A stretch of DNA of 64,000 bases from an uncultured Candidatus Saccharibacteria bacterium. GTDB taxonomy: Bacteria > Patescibacteriota > Minisyncoccia > Minisyncoccales > UBA5738. Made by a program: the position numbers and the translations under genes. Under the pieces are notes generated by a model that was not told where the DNA came from, made no database searches, and saw only the letters and a program-made list of their open reading frames with translations. Of the stretch, positions 25,939 through 36,200 are shown piece after piece. The stretch covers positions 2,846-66,845 of the forward strand of contig CAYYEP010000004.1 in NCBI GenBank assembly GCA_964470995.1. Direction: 5' to 3'. Every line of letters starts with the position of its first letter. The first letter of the stretch is position 1.

Positions 25939-28160
25939 AGCAAACCGTATTATTGATATTGGGGATGATCGCCATTATTAGTGTGATTATTTTTGGGTTT
26001 GCCCTAAACCAGGTGCGCGTCGAGCAGATTTCATTGGCTTCGGATCTTGAGTCGCGAACGCGCTTGCTGGCGGAAAGCCTGAAAGAATCAGTTGAGCCGC
26101 TTTATCTTTCGAATTCCGAGGAAGCCCTGCAAAGCGTTATGGATAGATTCACCGACCGGCAACGGTTGCTTGGATTGGCGGTTTACGACAATAAGGGGAA
26201 TTTGGTGGCGGCTTCCGCGGGCTTGCCTGAGGCCGCGATCCAAGGAGCGGTTCTTGCCGGTAAAGTGATGGATGCCAACAAGGAGGCGGGCTTATTCGTG
26301 GAAACCGTGGGCGGAAAAGTCTATGATCTGGCAGTTCCTCTCTACCAAGAAAATGTGGTGGTTGGCGCGTTATTGGTAGTGCAGCGGGCGGATTATATCG
26401 ATGTGGCGATATCGGAAATATGGACAAGCAATTTTTATCGTTTTTTAGTCCAATCCTTGGTTGTGGCATTGACGATAATGATAATCTTGAGGTTCTTTAT
26501 TTTTCGGCCGGTGGCAATGATGGTGTTGTCCATACGCGCGGCGCTATCCGGGAAGATAGATCAAAGATTGGCTAAAGCGAATTATAACTTTTTTAATCCG
26601 TTGGCGCGAGAAATCTCGAGGATAACCAAAAGTTTACTTCAGGCAAGATCGGCGGCAAGCGAAGAAGCAAGAATGCGGCTAAAAAAAATTGATACGCCTT
26701 GGACGGCGGAAAGACTGCAAGAATTCATTAAGGCTTATATGAAAGATAGGAAGATATTCGCAGTTTCCAATACGGAGCCTTATATGCATAAAAAAATCAA
26801 TGGCAAGATCCAATATATTATTCCCGCCAGTGGAGTAATTACGGCAATGGAGCCTGTAATGAGAGCTTGCGGAGGCTTGTGGCTAACTCGCGGCGTTACC
26901 GAAGAAGACAAAATTGTGGTCGGAGCGGATAACAAAATACAAGTTCCTCCGGAAGAGCCGAGGTATATTCTGAAGCGAATATGGCTGACGGAGCAAGAGA
27001 ATAATGGTTTTAATGTTGGTTTTTGCAGTGAGACTTTATGGCCTTTATGCCATTCGGTGTATGTGAGGCCGGTTTTTCGTAAGGATGATTGGCTGGAATA
27101 CCGCCGGGTTAACGGTAAATTTACCGAAAATATTTTGTCGGAAATAAGAAATGTTCAGAGGCCACTAATTTTGGTTCAGGATTATCATTTCGCACTTTTG
27201 CCGCAAATGGTCAAGAAGGCTCGTCCGGATGCGCAAGTAAGCATTTTTTGGCATATACCTTGGCCGAGCGCCGATATTTTTAATGTTTGTCCTTGGAAAA
27301 AGGAAATTTTAGAGGGCATATTGGGAGCGGATGTGATTGGTTTTCACACGCGGCAGTATTGCAATAATTTCATGGATACGGTTTCGAGAGAGATCGAAGC
27401 GGTGGTAGATATGGAGCAATTTTCAATTACGCGGAGCGGCCATACGTCGTATATTAAGCGTATTCCGATAAGCGTGGCATTTAGTAACGGAAAGCCAGTT
27501 TTAAATAATGAAGAAAATAGAAATGCTGATTACGCCAAGCGTTATGGGATCAAAACAAAATATTTGGGGCTGGGGGTCGACAGGCTTGATTATATTAAGG
27601 GTATCCCAGAGCGCTTTAAGGCAATCGAGTTTTTTTTCGATCGGTATCCGCATTATCGGGAGCAGCTTACATTTTTGCAAATTTCACCTTTGAGCCGGCA
27701 GCAAGTTGTCCAATACCAGATTTTCGGCAAAGAAGTTGTCGCAGAAATGGAAAGAATAAATTTAAAATTCGCAACCGATAAATGGCAGCCGATAAGGCTT
27801 GTCAGGGAAAATTTATCGCATGAAGAATTGCATTTTCTTTATCGGCAGGCAAATTTTTGTCTTATTACTTCTTTGCATGATGGAATGAATATGGTGGCGA
27901 AAGAGTACGCGGCGGCGCGTCACGACGATGCGGGAGTCTTGATATTAAGCCAGTTTACCGGCGCTTCGCGCGATATGAAAGGGGCGGTCATTGTGAATCC
28001 ATATAGTGCCGAACAGACGGCGGCGGCGATGCATACCGCAATAACCATGCCTTTGAGCGAGCAGCGGCGGCGAATGGTGAAAATGAGGGAGGCTGTAAAA
28101 AACTATAATGTTTACCGTTGGTCGGCCGAGTTAATTAAAGCAACTGCCGGTTGCGATTAA
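25935..28160 (+). CDS. otsA: Trehalose-6-phosphate synthase (GT20) fused to an N-terminal two-TM sensor-like domain and HAMP-like linker
   Basis: 741 aa. GT20 motifs: LILVQDYHFALLP, FWHIPWPS, DVIGFHT, LGVDRLDYIKGIPERF, TSLHDGMNMVAKEY. N-terminus: TM aa 5-24, a ~142-aa loop, TM aa 167-190, then RPVAMMVLSIRAALSGKIDQRL...NPLAREISRITKSL. Confidence 0.85.
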   Translation: MKQTVLLILGMIAIISVIIFGFALNQVRVEQISLASDLESRTRLLAESLKESVEPLYLSNSEEALQSVMDRFTDRQRLLGLAVYDNKGNLVAASAGLPEAAIQGAVLAGKVMDANKEAGLFVETVGGKVYDLAVPLYQENVVVGALLVVQRADYIDVAISEIWTSNFYRFLVQSLVVALTIMIILRFFIFRPVAMMVLSIRAALSGKIDQRLAKANYNFFNPLAREISRITKSLLQARSAASEEARMRLKKIDTPWTAERLQEFIKAYMKDRKIFAVSNTEPYMHKKINGKIQYIIPASGVITAMEPVMRACGGLWLTRGVTEEDKIVVGADNKIQVPPEEPRYILKRIWLTEQENNGFNVGFCSETLWPLCHSVYVRPVFRKDDWLEYRRVNGKFTENILSEIRNVQRPLILVQDYHFALLPQMVKKARPDAQVSIFWHIPWPSADIFNVCPWKKEILEGILGADVIGFHTRQYCNNFMDTVSREIEAVVDMEQFSITRSGHTSYIKRIPISVAFSNGKPVLNNEENRNADYAKRYGIKTKYLGLGVDRLDYIKGIPERFKAIEFFFDRYPHYREQLTFLQISPLSRQQVVQYQIFGKEVVAEMERINLKFATDKWQPIRLVRENLSHEELHFLYRQANFCLITSLHDGMNMVAKEYAAARHDDAGVLILSQFTGASRDMKGAVIVNPYSAEQTAAAMHTAITMPLSEQRRRMVKMREAVKNYNVYRWSAELIKATAGCD

Positions 28161-28239
28161 CCGATGGGCGGTATTGCGGCGGCGGCGATAATAATTGCGC
28201 CATTGCTACGATTTAGACTTAATCCTTTATATTGGAATG

Positions 28240-28315
28240 CCTGAAGCGTAAGCGAAGGGAGGTTTAACAATGATTACCGCGGCGTAATCCCGGAAGATTC
28301 ATTTATTATAAGTTC
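28240..28315 (+). repeat. Possible degenerate partial third copy of the 21.5/36.6-kb element
   Basis: It shares agcgtaagcg, gattaccgcgg and atttatta blocks in the same order as copy A and reverse-complemented copy B. The alignment is weak and done by eye only. Confidence 0.3.
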
Positions 28316-28326
28316 GCAAGGGTGTA

Positions 28327-29571
28327 TCAATGGATAATTTGTTTCATTTTTTGGATCCGAACGTGGGCTTGTTCGATGCGATTGCGCGAGATGCGGCCGT
28401 CGCGCACGGCTTTTAGGATTGCATCCTTGGCGCGATAAGGCATAGTTTCGTCGTAAACCGCGCTGTTGTTGGAGAATACAAGTATGTCGCAGCCGGCATT
28501 AATAGCACTAACAATGGCGTCTTCGAACCCATAGTTGTCAACAATGGCGCCCATTTGCATATCGTCGGAAAAAACTACGCCGTCAAAACCAAGTTTCTGG
28601 CGCAGGATTCCCTGTATGATTTTTTCGGAAAGTGTGGCGGGACAATCAGGGTCGATTTTTTTGTTGATGATGTGGGCGGTCATTACCGAATCGGCGGCGC
28701 CGCCGTCAATAAGTTTTTCGTAGGGGGTAAGTTCGGTTTCGTTCCAGGTAAGCGTGACGTCGGCCAATCCCAGGTGGCTGTCGCGGTCTGAACTTCCGTG
28801 GCCGGGAAAATGCTTTAGCGAAGTTATAATCCCAAAACTTTTATGTGCCGCGATCATGGAGCGAGCAAGTGTGGCGACGGTTTGAGGGTCAGCCGAGTAT
28901 GACCGTTCCAGGCCGCCGATTACCGGGTTGTCGGGATTTGTGTCCAGATCAATTACGGGCGCAAAATTAACGTTAAATCCAAGATCATCGAGTTCTCTAG
29001 CCAATTCCCAGTATGAATTTATGGCGGTGGCGGGATCTTGTCCTAAAGTTTTCGCGCTGGGTATATTTATAAAACCAAGAGAAGGTTTCAAGCGGTTGAT
29101 AAGGCCGCCTTCGGCATCAACCGCGACCAGGAGCGGCAGCTCCTTTGAATAAGTTTTCAATTGGAAAACGAGATCTTTGGTTTGTTCGTAATTGGCAATA
29201 TTGCGGCCGCCGGTACTGGTTGGGACATCGCGGTCAAAAAGGATTACGCCGCCCAGGTTAAGTTCGGAAATTGTATTGGCGATATATGACTCCGGTTGAG
29301 CCTGGGTGCCGCGAAAGCCGATCATAAGCATTTGGCCTACCTTGGCGGAAATATCATCGGCTGGGGCGGCAGGACGCGACTCGAAATATTCCAAAATGAG
29401 CGCGGTTACAAATAAGGCGATAATTGCGGATTTGAATACAGGCCAGTGGTTGCGGGGCACGATTATTTTTTTGAGTAAAGGTTTAAACGGGGCGGATATT
29501 TTTTTTAATGATTTGGCGCAAAAAATATTAACGCTCCGGATCGTGCGTTTGGTTTTTTTTCCGATATTCAT
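28327..29571 (-). CDS. Membrane-anchored GH3 beta-N-acetylhexosaminidase (NagZ-like)
   Basis: 414 aa. Motifs KHFPGHGSSDRDSH, VMTAHI and GVVFSDDMQMGA, with an N-terminal TM segment. Confidence 0.8.
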   Translation of the reverse strand: MNIGKKTKRTIRSVNIFCAKSLKKISAPFKPLLKKIIVPRNHWPVFKSAIIALFVTALILEYFESRPAAPADDISAKVGQMLMIGFRGTQAQPESYIANTISELNLGGVILFDRDVPTSTGGRNIANYEQTKDLVFQLKTYSKELPLLVAVDAEGGLINRLKPSLGFINIPSAKTLGQDPATAINSYWELARELDDLGFNVNFAPVIDLDTNPDNPVIGGLERSYSADPQTVATLARSMIAAHKSFGIITSLKHFPGHGSSDRDSHLGLADVTLTWNETELTPYEKLIDGGAADSVMTAHIINKKIDPDCPATLSEKIIQGILRQKLGFDGVVFSDDMQMGAIVDNYGFEDAIVSAINAGCDILVFSNNSAVYDETMPYRAKDAILKAVRDGRISRNRIEQAHVRIQKMKQIIH

Positions 29572-29635
29572 AGGTTGGCAAGTAAGATTGTTGTTTCTTT
29601 ATATATAGCAGGAATGGTGCTGATGCAAAGAGGCA

Positions 29636-29677
29636 AACAAAAAACCCGCCGTTTCGCGTCGGCGGGTTTTTTGTTTT
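29636..29677. terminator. Bidirectional rho-independent terminator
   Basis: Stem acccgccg/cggcgggt, flanked by an A-run on the left and a T-run on the right. It lies 6 nt downstream of the minus-strand stop at 29683. Confidence 0.7.
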
Positions 29678-29682
29678 TGAGA

Positions 29683-32600
29683 TTATTGAACCGATGTTTC
29701 GGTGATTGCCTGGCTCATAGGCAACACGGTTATCCCTGATGATTTAAGAGCTTCTATTTGTTTGGCAAAGTCGGCGGTTGTGGTGTCGTAGGGTTCGAGG
29801 TCGTCGTTGGTGACGCGATGGTAAACAATAACAAGCCAGGAGTTATCCCTTTTGGCTTGGTCGATCCAGCTTTGGTATTCGGCCAGAGTGGTTGTGGTTT
29901 TTATGTTTTGCACCTTGATGCGGTCGATGTCGTAATTGTTTTGCAGGTTATATCCTTCGTCGGTCGGCCGGTGGGAAGTATAGTATTTTTTAATCGCAGT
30001 CAAAACGGTTTCGTTATAATCGCCGTACGGGGTGGCAAAGCTTTTTATGTTGCCGCTGCCAACAATATTTTCAAGGTAAGTTTTGGATTCGGATAGTTCT
30101 TGATCAAGTTGGGCGGAATCAATTTGTGTTAAAAAAGGATGGGTGATGGAGTGCGATCCGATTTCGTGGCCTTGCTCGTAGATTGATTTGACTGCGGCGG
30201 GGCCGTTCTGGCCAAGATTGTCAATGTTGGCGTTATCCTGCAAATAAGTGGTGGCGAAATAGTAGGTGGATTTGTAGCCATAGTTTGCCAGGGCGGGAAT
30301 AGCAGTCGACGTGTTGGTTTCCCAACTGTCGTCAAAAGTGAGGCTTACTATTGGGCGGGTAAAGCCTTCCGGAACGATTTTGACGTAGGAATAGTCATCG
30401 GTGATCAAGGTGCCGGTGTGCTTGAGCGAATGCAGGATAGTCATTGTATTGGCACCGTAGGGCACGGTGACTATTCCTGAATATCTGGCCCAGCTGTTGT
30501 TGGTTGCGGGCGCGGTTCCCAGTTCAAGATAGCGCGGAATGCCGGATAAATAATTGAAGGCAACGATGAAGTGGGTGGGATCAGTGGCTTTATACCAGTC
30601 GGAGACCATATAAGTTTCGCCAGGTGTAACCTCAATCGGGTCGAAATACCATTTCGCGTCACCATCGGCGCCGTATTTGGTAACTGTTGTTTGCACAGAT
30701 CGATCGCCGCTGTGGCCGCTATCTAGATAAGTGAAATCGGCTTTAATGTCGTCTTTTAGCGTGCTCCAGGCGCTAGTGTGCCAGAGATCGGGGGTGTTGC
30801 CGGCGGGAGAGATTTCGAGTGATGCGTTAGCCGGATTGCCGACGGGGACGGGGGCGACGGTAATCGAATAGTCGTCGGTTGTCAGCGAACAGTTCCCGCG
30901 TTCAATAAGATGCAGGACGGTTATAGTTTTGGCATTGGCGGGAGCGGTGACTACTCCGGCAAACCGGGTCCAATCAGCGCTTTGTGATGCGTTGCCAATT
31001 TCCGGATAAGAGGAGTCTGTGCCATTGTCGTATGTGATCATTGCCGCAACGCGGGTGTCGCAATCAGATTTGTACCAGTCAGTGATTAGATAGCGCAGAC
31101 CGGGGGTTACAGCTACCGGATCAGGATACCATTTCGCGTCCCCGTCGATATAGGAAGTTATCTCAACTCTAGCGCTTTTAGAGCCGTTGTGGGCGTCGTC
31201 ACTATAGTTATAATTTGCCGTATTGTTGCCCCAACCGCCTTGGTTCCAATTGATTGGCAGGGTACTGGAAGCTGCGGTTTCTTCAAGTGATGGATTAAGT
31301 AAAAGATTATCGGTAGGATAATTCCGCCGCACCAAGGCAATTAAGCAGGTTTTGCTATCATTACTAGCTAGGTTTATGCCACCATCGGCGGCACAATCGC
31401 CGCCAAAGGTTATTTTGTATTCAGCCGGGTTAGTGTTTCCGCGGCCGATCACACTGACCGCGTAATTTCCGGCGGCTAGGGTGAGGTGCGAGGTGCTGTT
31501 GCCAAGGTTTTCCATTTCAGCGGCGCCGTTGATCAGCAGGTCGAATTTGCCGTTGTCGCTGACATCAAGACTAATGTTGAGTTTGGCTGGCCCCGGGTTG
31601 TAAGTGTTTGTGAAAGTGCAGGTGACGGTCATACCGTCGGCGATAATAATATTATTTGGAGTTTGACTGTTGTCGCATTTGCCGCCGTCAGAATTCCAGT
31701 TATCGGCCGGCATTTCGGTGATCGAGTAGGTTCCGGCGGCCAGAGTTTGGCGGTTTTCCTGGCCGTTGGAAAGGGCGAATCCTTGATAGCCGCTTCCGGT
31801 GGCAGTGAACATAAAGGCGTTATCTCCGCCCGAAGTTATTTTTTTAACGACAATTGTTCCGGTTGGCGTTTGTTCGGTAAAGGATAGGTCATCCAAAGTG
31901 AGGTTGCCGATTTTGCTTATTGTGTGCAGGACCGAGTATTTGACGGTTTCGGCGGGCAAACAGATACTGGCCGAATATTGCTTCCATGCGGTTGAAGCCG
32001 GAGCATCGGCTAATTTAATGGTAGAGGCGACATTGGATGAGTTGTAGGCGACGACCGATACCTGCGATACAATGTTTGATTTGTACCAGTCGCTAAAAAC
32101 ATAGCATTTGCCGCCGGTTATTGCTTGCGGCGCAAAATACCAGCGAGCAAAGCCGTTGGTATATCTGGTAATTGTGGTTTTAACACTCATTGATCCGGTG
32201 TGGCCGGTGCCGGACGCGTAAGTGAACGCGGCTGAGTTGGTGCCGTTTTTTTCTTTAATCCATCCCAGGGGAAGATTGGTGCGGGGGTCGGTTTCTTCAA
32301 GCGAGGAGTTGGGGACATTCCCGTTGACGGTTGGGTCGGGAATTTGGATTAGCGAGTAATTATCGGTTTGTAGGGTGCCTTTCGCGGCGAGCAATTGGAA
32401 GACGGTTGCTTTTACCGCGCCCGCGGGGGCGGTAAACGAGTAGGCGGATTTGGTCCAAATAATTTTTGCTGCATTATTTCCCAAAAGCGCGTAGGTTTTA
32501 ATTCCCGCTGAATTTTGGAATTCGGCGTAGGTTTTGGTGGGGGCGGTGGCTTTATAGTAATTCGTAAAATAATAAGTTTTTCCCGCGGTTACCTCCACCG

Positions 32601-32877
32601 GATCAAAAAACCATCGGGTGTCGCCGTTTGTATAGGCCGAAACGGTGATTTTGACCGATTTGGAACCGTTTTGCGCGCTGCCGGTGACGTAATAAAATGA
32701 TGAGGTATTTGTTCCGGATTTGGCCGCGGTCCAACCGGAAGGAGTCTTGCGCGTTGAAGCGGCGGTTTCCAGTGATGGGTTGGAAATCAAGTTGGTGGCG
32801 GCGGTAACGTGTCCCGCATAGAACGCGATTGGGACAATAAGCGACAGAATGAAGCCGGTTATTTTTGTTTTTTGCAT
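29683..32877 (-). CDS. Secreted multi-domain protein: four CBM4_9-like modules, a prealbumin/SpaA-like fold domain and a C-terminal NodB-type polysaccharide deacetylase
   Basis: 1064 aa with a signal peptide. Repeated NxSLE...GW...W(Y/F)FxP...Y modules are present. The segment TGTIVVKKIT...TCTFTN is prealbumin/SpaA-like. Deacetylase motifs are VSLTFDDSW and GHEIGSHSITHP. Confidence 0.75.
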   Translation of the reverse strand: MQKTKITGFILSLIVPIAFYAGHVTAATNLISNPSLETAASTRKTPSGWTAAKSGTNTSSFYYVTGSAQNGSKSVKITVSAYTNGDTRWFFDPVEVTAGKTYYFTNYYKATAPTKTYAEFQNSAGIKTYALLGNNAAKIIWTKSAYSFTAPAGAVKATVFQLLAAKGTLQTDNYSLIQIPDPTVNGNVPNSSLEETDPRTNLPLGWIKEKNGTNSAAFTYASGTGHTGSMSVKTTITRYTNGFARWYFAPQAITGGKCYVFSDWYKSNIVSQVSVVAYNSSNVASTIKLADAPASTAWKQYSASICLPAETVKYSVLHTISKIGNLTLDDLSFTEQTPTGTIVVKKITSGGDNAFMFTATGSGYQGFALSNGQENRQTLAAGTYSITEMPADNWNSDGGKCDNSQTPNNIIIADGMTVTCTFTNTYNPGPAKLNISLDVSDNGKFDLLINGAAEMENLGNSTSHLTLAAGNYAVSVIGRGNTNPAEYKITFGGDCAADGGINLASNDSKTCLIALVRRNYPTDNLLLNPSLEETAASSTLPINWNQGGWGNNTANYNYSDDAHNGSKSARVEITSYIDGDAKWYPDPVAVTPGLRYLITDWYKSDCDTRVAAMITYDNGTDSSYPEIGNASQSADWTRFAGVVTAPANAKTITVLHLIERGNCSLTTDDYSITVAPVPVGNPANASLEISPAGNTPDLWHTSAWSTLKDDIKADFTYLDSGHSGDRSVQTTVTKYGADGDAKWYFDPIEVTPGETYMVSDWYKATDPTHFIVAFNYLSGIPRYLELGTAPATNNSWARYSGIVTVPYGANTMTILHSLKHTGTLITDDYSYVKIVPEGFTRPIVSLTFDDSWETNTSTAIPALANYGYKSTYYFATTYLQDNANIDNLGQNGPAAVKSIYEQGHEIGSHSITHPFLTQIDSAQLDQELSESKTYLENIVGSGNIKSFATPYGDYNETVLTAIKKYYTSHRPTDEGYNLQNNYDIDRIKVQNIKTTTTLAEYQSWIDQAKRDNSWLVIVYHRVTNDDLEPYDTTTADFAKQIEALKSSGITVLPMSQAITETSVQ

Positions 32878-33121
32878 ATTATTTTGATTTTATGAAGCCG
32901 ATGGTTCATTTCCCGGGTATGGCCGGGCGAATAACTAATGAATAAGAATTAATGGATTAATAATAGCCGATAATCGTTAATTAGCAATTAAAGATGTTAA
33001 TAATGTCCGCCATTAGTTGTCCTATGCAGATATTGTACTATAATATTTATCTTTTTAAAAAGAGTTGTCTTTCTAATTTGGATAACAGCGGTATTTTGTT
33101 AAATCGGTTATGGGATTTTTG

Positions 33122-33150
33122 TTGACAAATGATTGGTTGGTTTCTAGAAT
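33122..33150 (+). promoter_or_regulatory. Sigma-70-type promoter upstream of the sensor kinase gene
   Basis: TTGACA (33122-33127), a 17-nt spacer, then TAGAAT (33145-33150). Confidence 0.45.
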
Positions 33151-33216
33151 GAGATACCAGTCAGATCTCTTTAATCGCCAGAATATTTGTCCGCATAAGG
33201 GGGGTTCATCATCCAT

Positions 33217-36200
33217 ATGAGCGGAGCGCGGAAAAAAATTACCGAAGCTGGCATTGAGCAAGCAGCCGAACAAGTTGCTGGTTTTGAGTTGAGTCGCGCT
33301 AACAAGGCCAAATCCGGGGACATAGGTAATCCGATGATTGTCGAATACGAAGCATCGGGTAAGATAACCTTGTTTAATAAACGAGCCAGCGAATTTTTTG
33401 GGTATGCCGCCAAAGAGGTGTTGGGTAAGGATATTTCAATTCTGGCGTACGGGCGGAGCCGTACGGATGATGCCAAAAGGGGGATCACCGGTATCCATCA
33501 AAACATTTTTAACGATCCGGCGGATGGGGGATCTCATATTAACGCAAACAGGCGGCGCGATGGCCGGCGGGTATGGGTATCCTGGCAAAGCCGTCCAATT
33601 GTTTTTAAGAACGGGAAGCCGGCGATAATAGCGGCCGCGGGACGCGATGTCACATACCAAATTGAAAATGATGATTCCTTAAGGGATCTAAAAAAAATTG
33701 TCGGATCGATTAACGACGGGGTGGGGATAGCCGATAGAGACGGCGTATTGGTTTTTGCCAACGAACAAGCGGCAAAGATGATTGGTTACCGTTCCAAAGA
33801 GATGGTCGGAAAACGGATTATGGATTTTGTTGTGGATGAGGACAAAAAAATTATTGAGGAAGCTTTCGTAAGGAGGCGGGAAGGGTTTGCCGGGAGTTAC
33901 GAATTACGAATGAAACATCGGAGCGGCGGTGTTGTGGAAACGTCGATTTTTGGGGCGCCCCGTTATGGTCGGAAGGGTTCTTATATTGGATCTTATGCAA
34001 TAATCAGCGATATAACAGAGCGTAATCGCAACGAGCGGAATTTGCGCCGGATGAATCGGACATTACGAGCTTTGGGGAGGGCCAATAAGGCGCTTTTGCG
34101 CGCCGGCGACGAAAAAAATCTTTTACAGGACGTGTGCAAAATAATTGCTGAAGAATGCGGTAATTCGATGGTTTGGATTGGTTTTGCGCGCGAAGATGAA
34201 GAAAAAGGCGTTGATGTGGCGGCGCAAATCGGCATGGCTCGGGATTATTTGCAAACAATAAATATATCTTGGGGGGACAATGATCGAGGGCGCAGCCCGA
34301 TGGGGACTTGTATCAGAACAGGTAAGATGCGAATTTGCCGAAATATTAAAAAAGATCCGAATTTTAATCTTTGGCGTCCGATAGCGGAACGTTACGGTTA
34401 CGCGTCTGCGGCCGCTTTTCCGTTGCGAAGCAACGGAAATACTTTTGGCGCGATTGGGATATATTCGCGCAACGTGGATGGTTTTTCGGATGATGAGACT
34501 GTTCTTTTGGGTGATTTGGCAGATAATCTAGCGTATGGCATTGTTTCGTTGCGATTACGCAACGAACGCCAGCAAAATGAGGATATGCTTCGCAAGGCAA
34601 CGCGCTATCTGGACAGTCTTTTGAGCTTTGCCAATTCGCCAATCATTGTTTGGGGCCCGGATTTCAGGGTTACGCGCTTTAATACCGCGGCTGAACGTTT
34701 AACCGGAATAAAGGCGGCGCAGGCTTTGGGCAAGGATGCGGATTTTTTCTTTTCATGCACAGGGATTGGCCGTAGGCGTGGCAGTTTTAAATCGGTGTCT
34801 TTGGATCAGCGATGGAAAACCATGGAGGCAGATTTTTGCCGGGCCGACGGATCAAGGCGCGCCGTGGTGTGGAATTTGGCCAATATTTATGGTTACGGCA
34901 CTGAGATAGACAAGGTAGTGGCAACGATTGCGCTGGGCCAGGATATTACCGATCGCAAGATTGCCCAGGAACAAATCGAGAAATATTTGGCGGAACTTTC
35001 CCGCGAGAAGAAAAGGATCGAAAATTTGATGTTGCGAATCGCTGATGAGAAGAAAATATTGGACGGTATCATTGAAAATACCGAGGCTCTGATTGCCTAT
35101 TTGGATAACCGTTTTAATTTTGTGAAAGTTAATACGGGTTATTGCCGAGAGTATAATCTTGCGCCGAAGGACATGATCGGCAAGAATTTTTTTTCTTTTT
35201 TTGCCGATTCGGAAGAAGAAGTGAAAGCGATGTTGAAGAAGCTGCGCCGGGAAGGCGTAGCGATAAAGCAGTTGGCGATACCGTATTATAATGAGCGGCA
35301 TCCGGAGAGGGGGATAGTCTATCGGGATCTTATGGCGTCGCCGATAAAAGATGCCGCCGGAAACGTATCCGGGATAGTGCTGCTTTATCTTGACGCGACA
35401 CAGCGCGTGCGCAATGAGAAGACCCTGGCGCTGCATTCCAGGCGGTTGCAGCAAATGGTCAGCGATCTTCGAAAGCTTCAAATGGCGGTCGAAAATGCTT
35501 CAGATATTATTTTTACCGCCGATCCGCATGGAATGATTACTTCGATCAATAACGCGGTATTGTCGATACTGGGCTGGTGCCCCCAGGATCTTATCGGGAA
35601 ATCAGTAACGGTGCTGGGCGGTACGGAAAGACGGCAGGAGCACGGTGCGGTTTGGGATTCAATACGAAAGCAAAAAAAACCGTTTTCCGGTGAAATAGCG
35701 AACACTAGGATCGATGGCCGGACAGCTGATTTTGAATTGCATGTGTCTCCGATTATCGATTTGCGGGGCGAAGTTATTTCATATATTGGAATCGAACGTG
35801 ATTTGACCGAAGCCAAGGCGGTGAGCCGAGCCAAAGAGGAATTTATTTCCATGGCGTCGCACCAGTTGCGTACGCCGTTGGCCACAATCAGTTTAAGCGC
35901 TCAAATGCTGGCTAACGGGGCGATTGGCAATATTGACAATGAAGCCCGAGGACAAATTGAGGAGATATTCAAGATTACGCACCAAATGGCATCGCTTATC
36001 GATCTTTTTCTGAATGCTTCCCGCATCGAGATGGGCCGTTTGGAAATAGATCCTCATCCGCTTGAAGTCGCTCCGTTTCTTCATGAAATTATTAAGTCGA
36101 TTGGTTCTTTGGCCGCGGTTAAAAAGATTGAGTTGAAGGATGAGATCGCGCCTGATGTTCCGGTTTTAAGCATTGACCGCAAAGTTATGAATATGGTTTT

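Noticed and set aside
34852-35885. Minus-strand ORFs of 209 and 135 aa inside the kinase gene.
   Set aside because: They are antisense to a continuous 1106-aa PAS/GAF/HisKA/HATPase reading frame. They have no motifs and biased composition.
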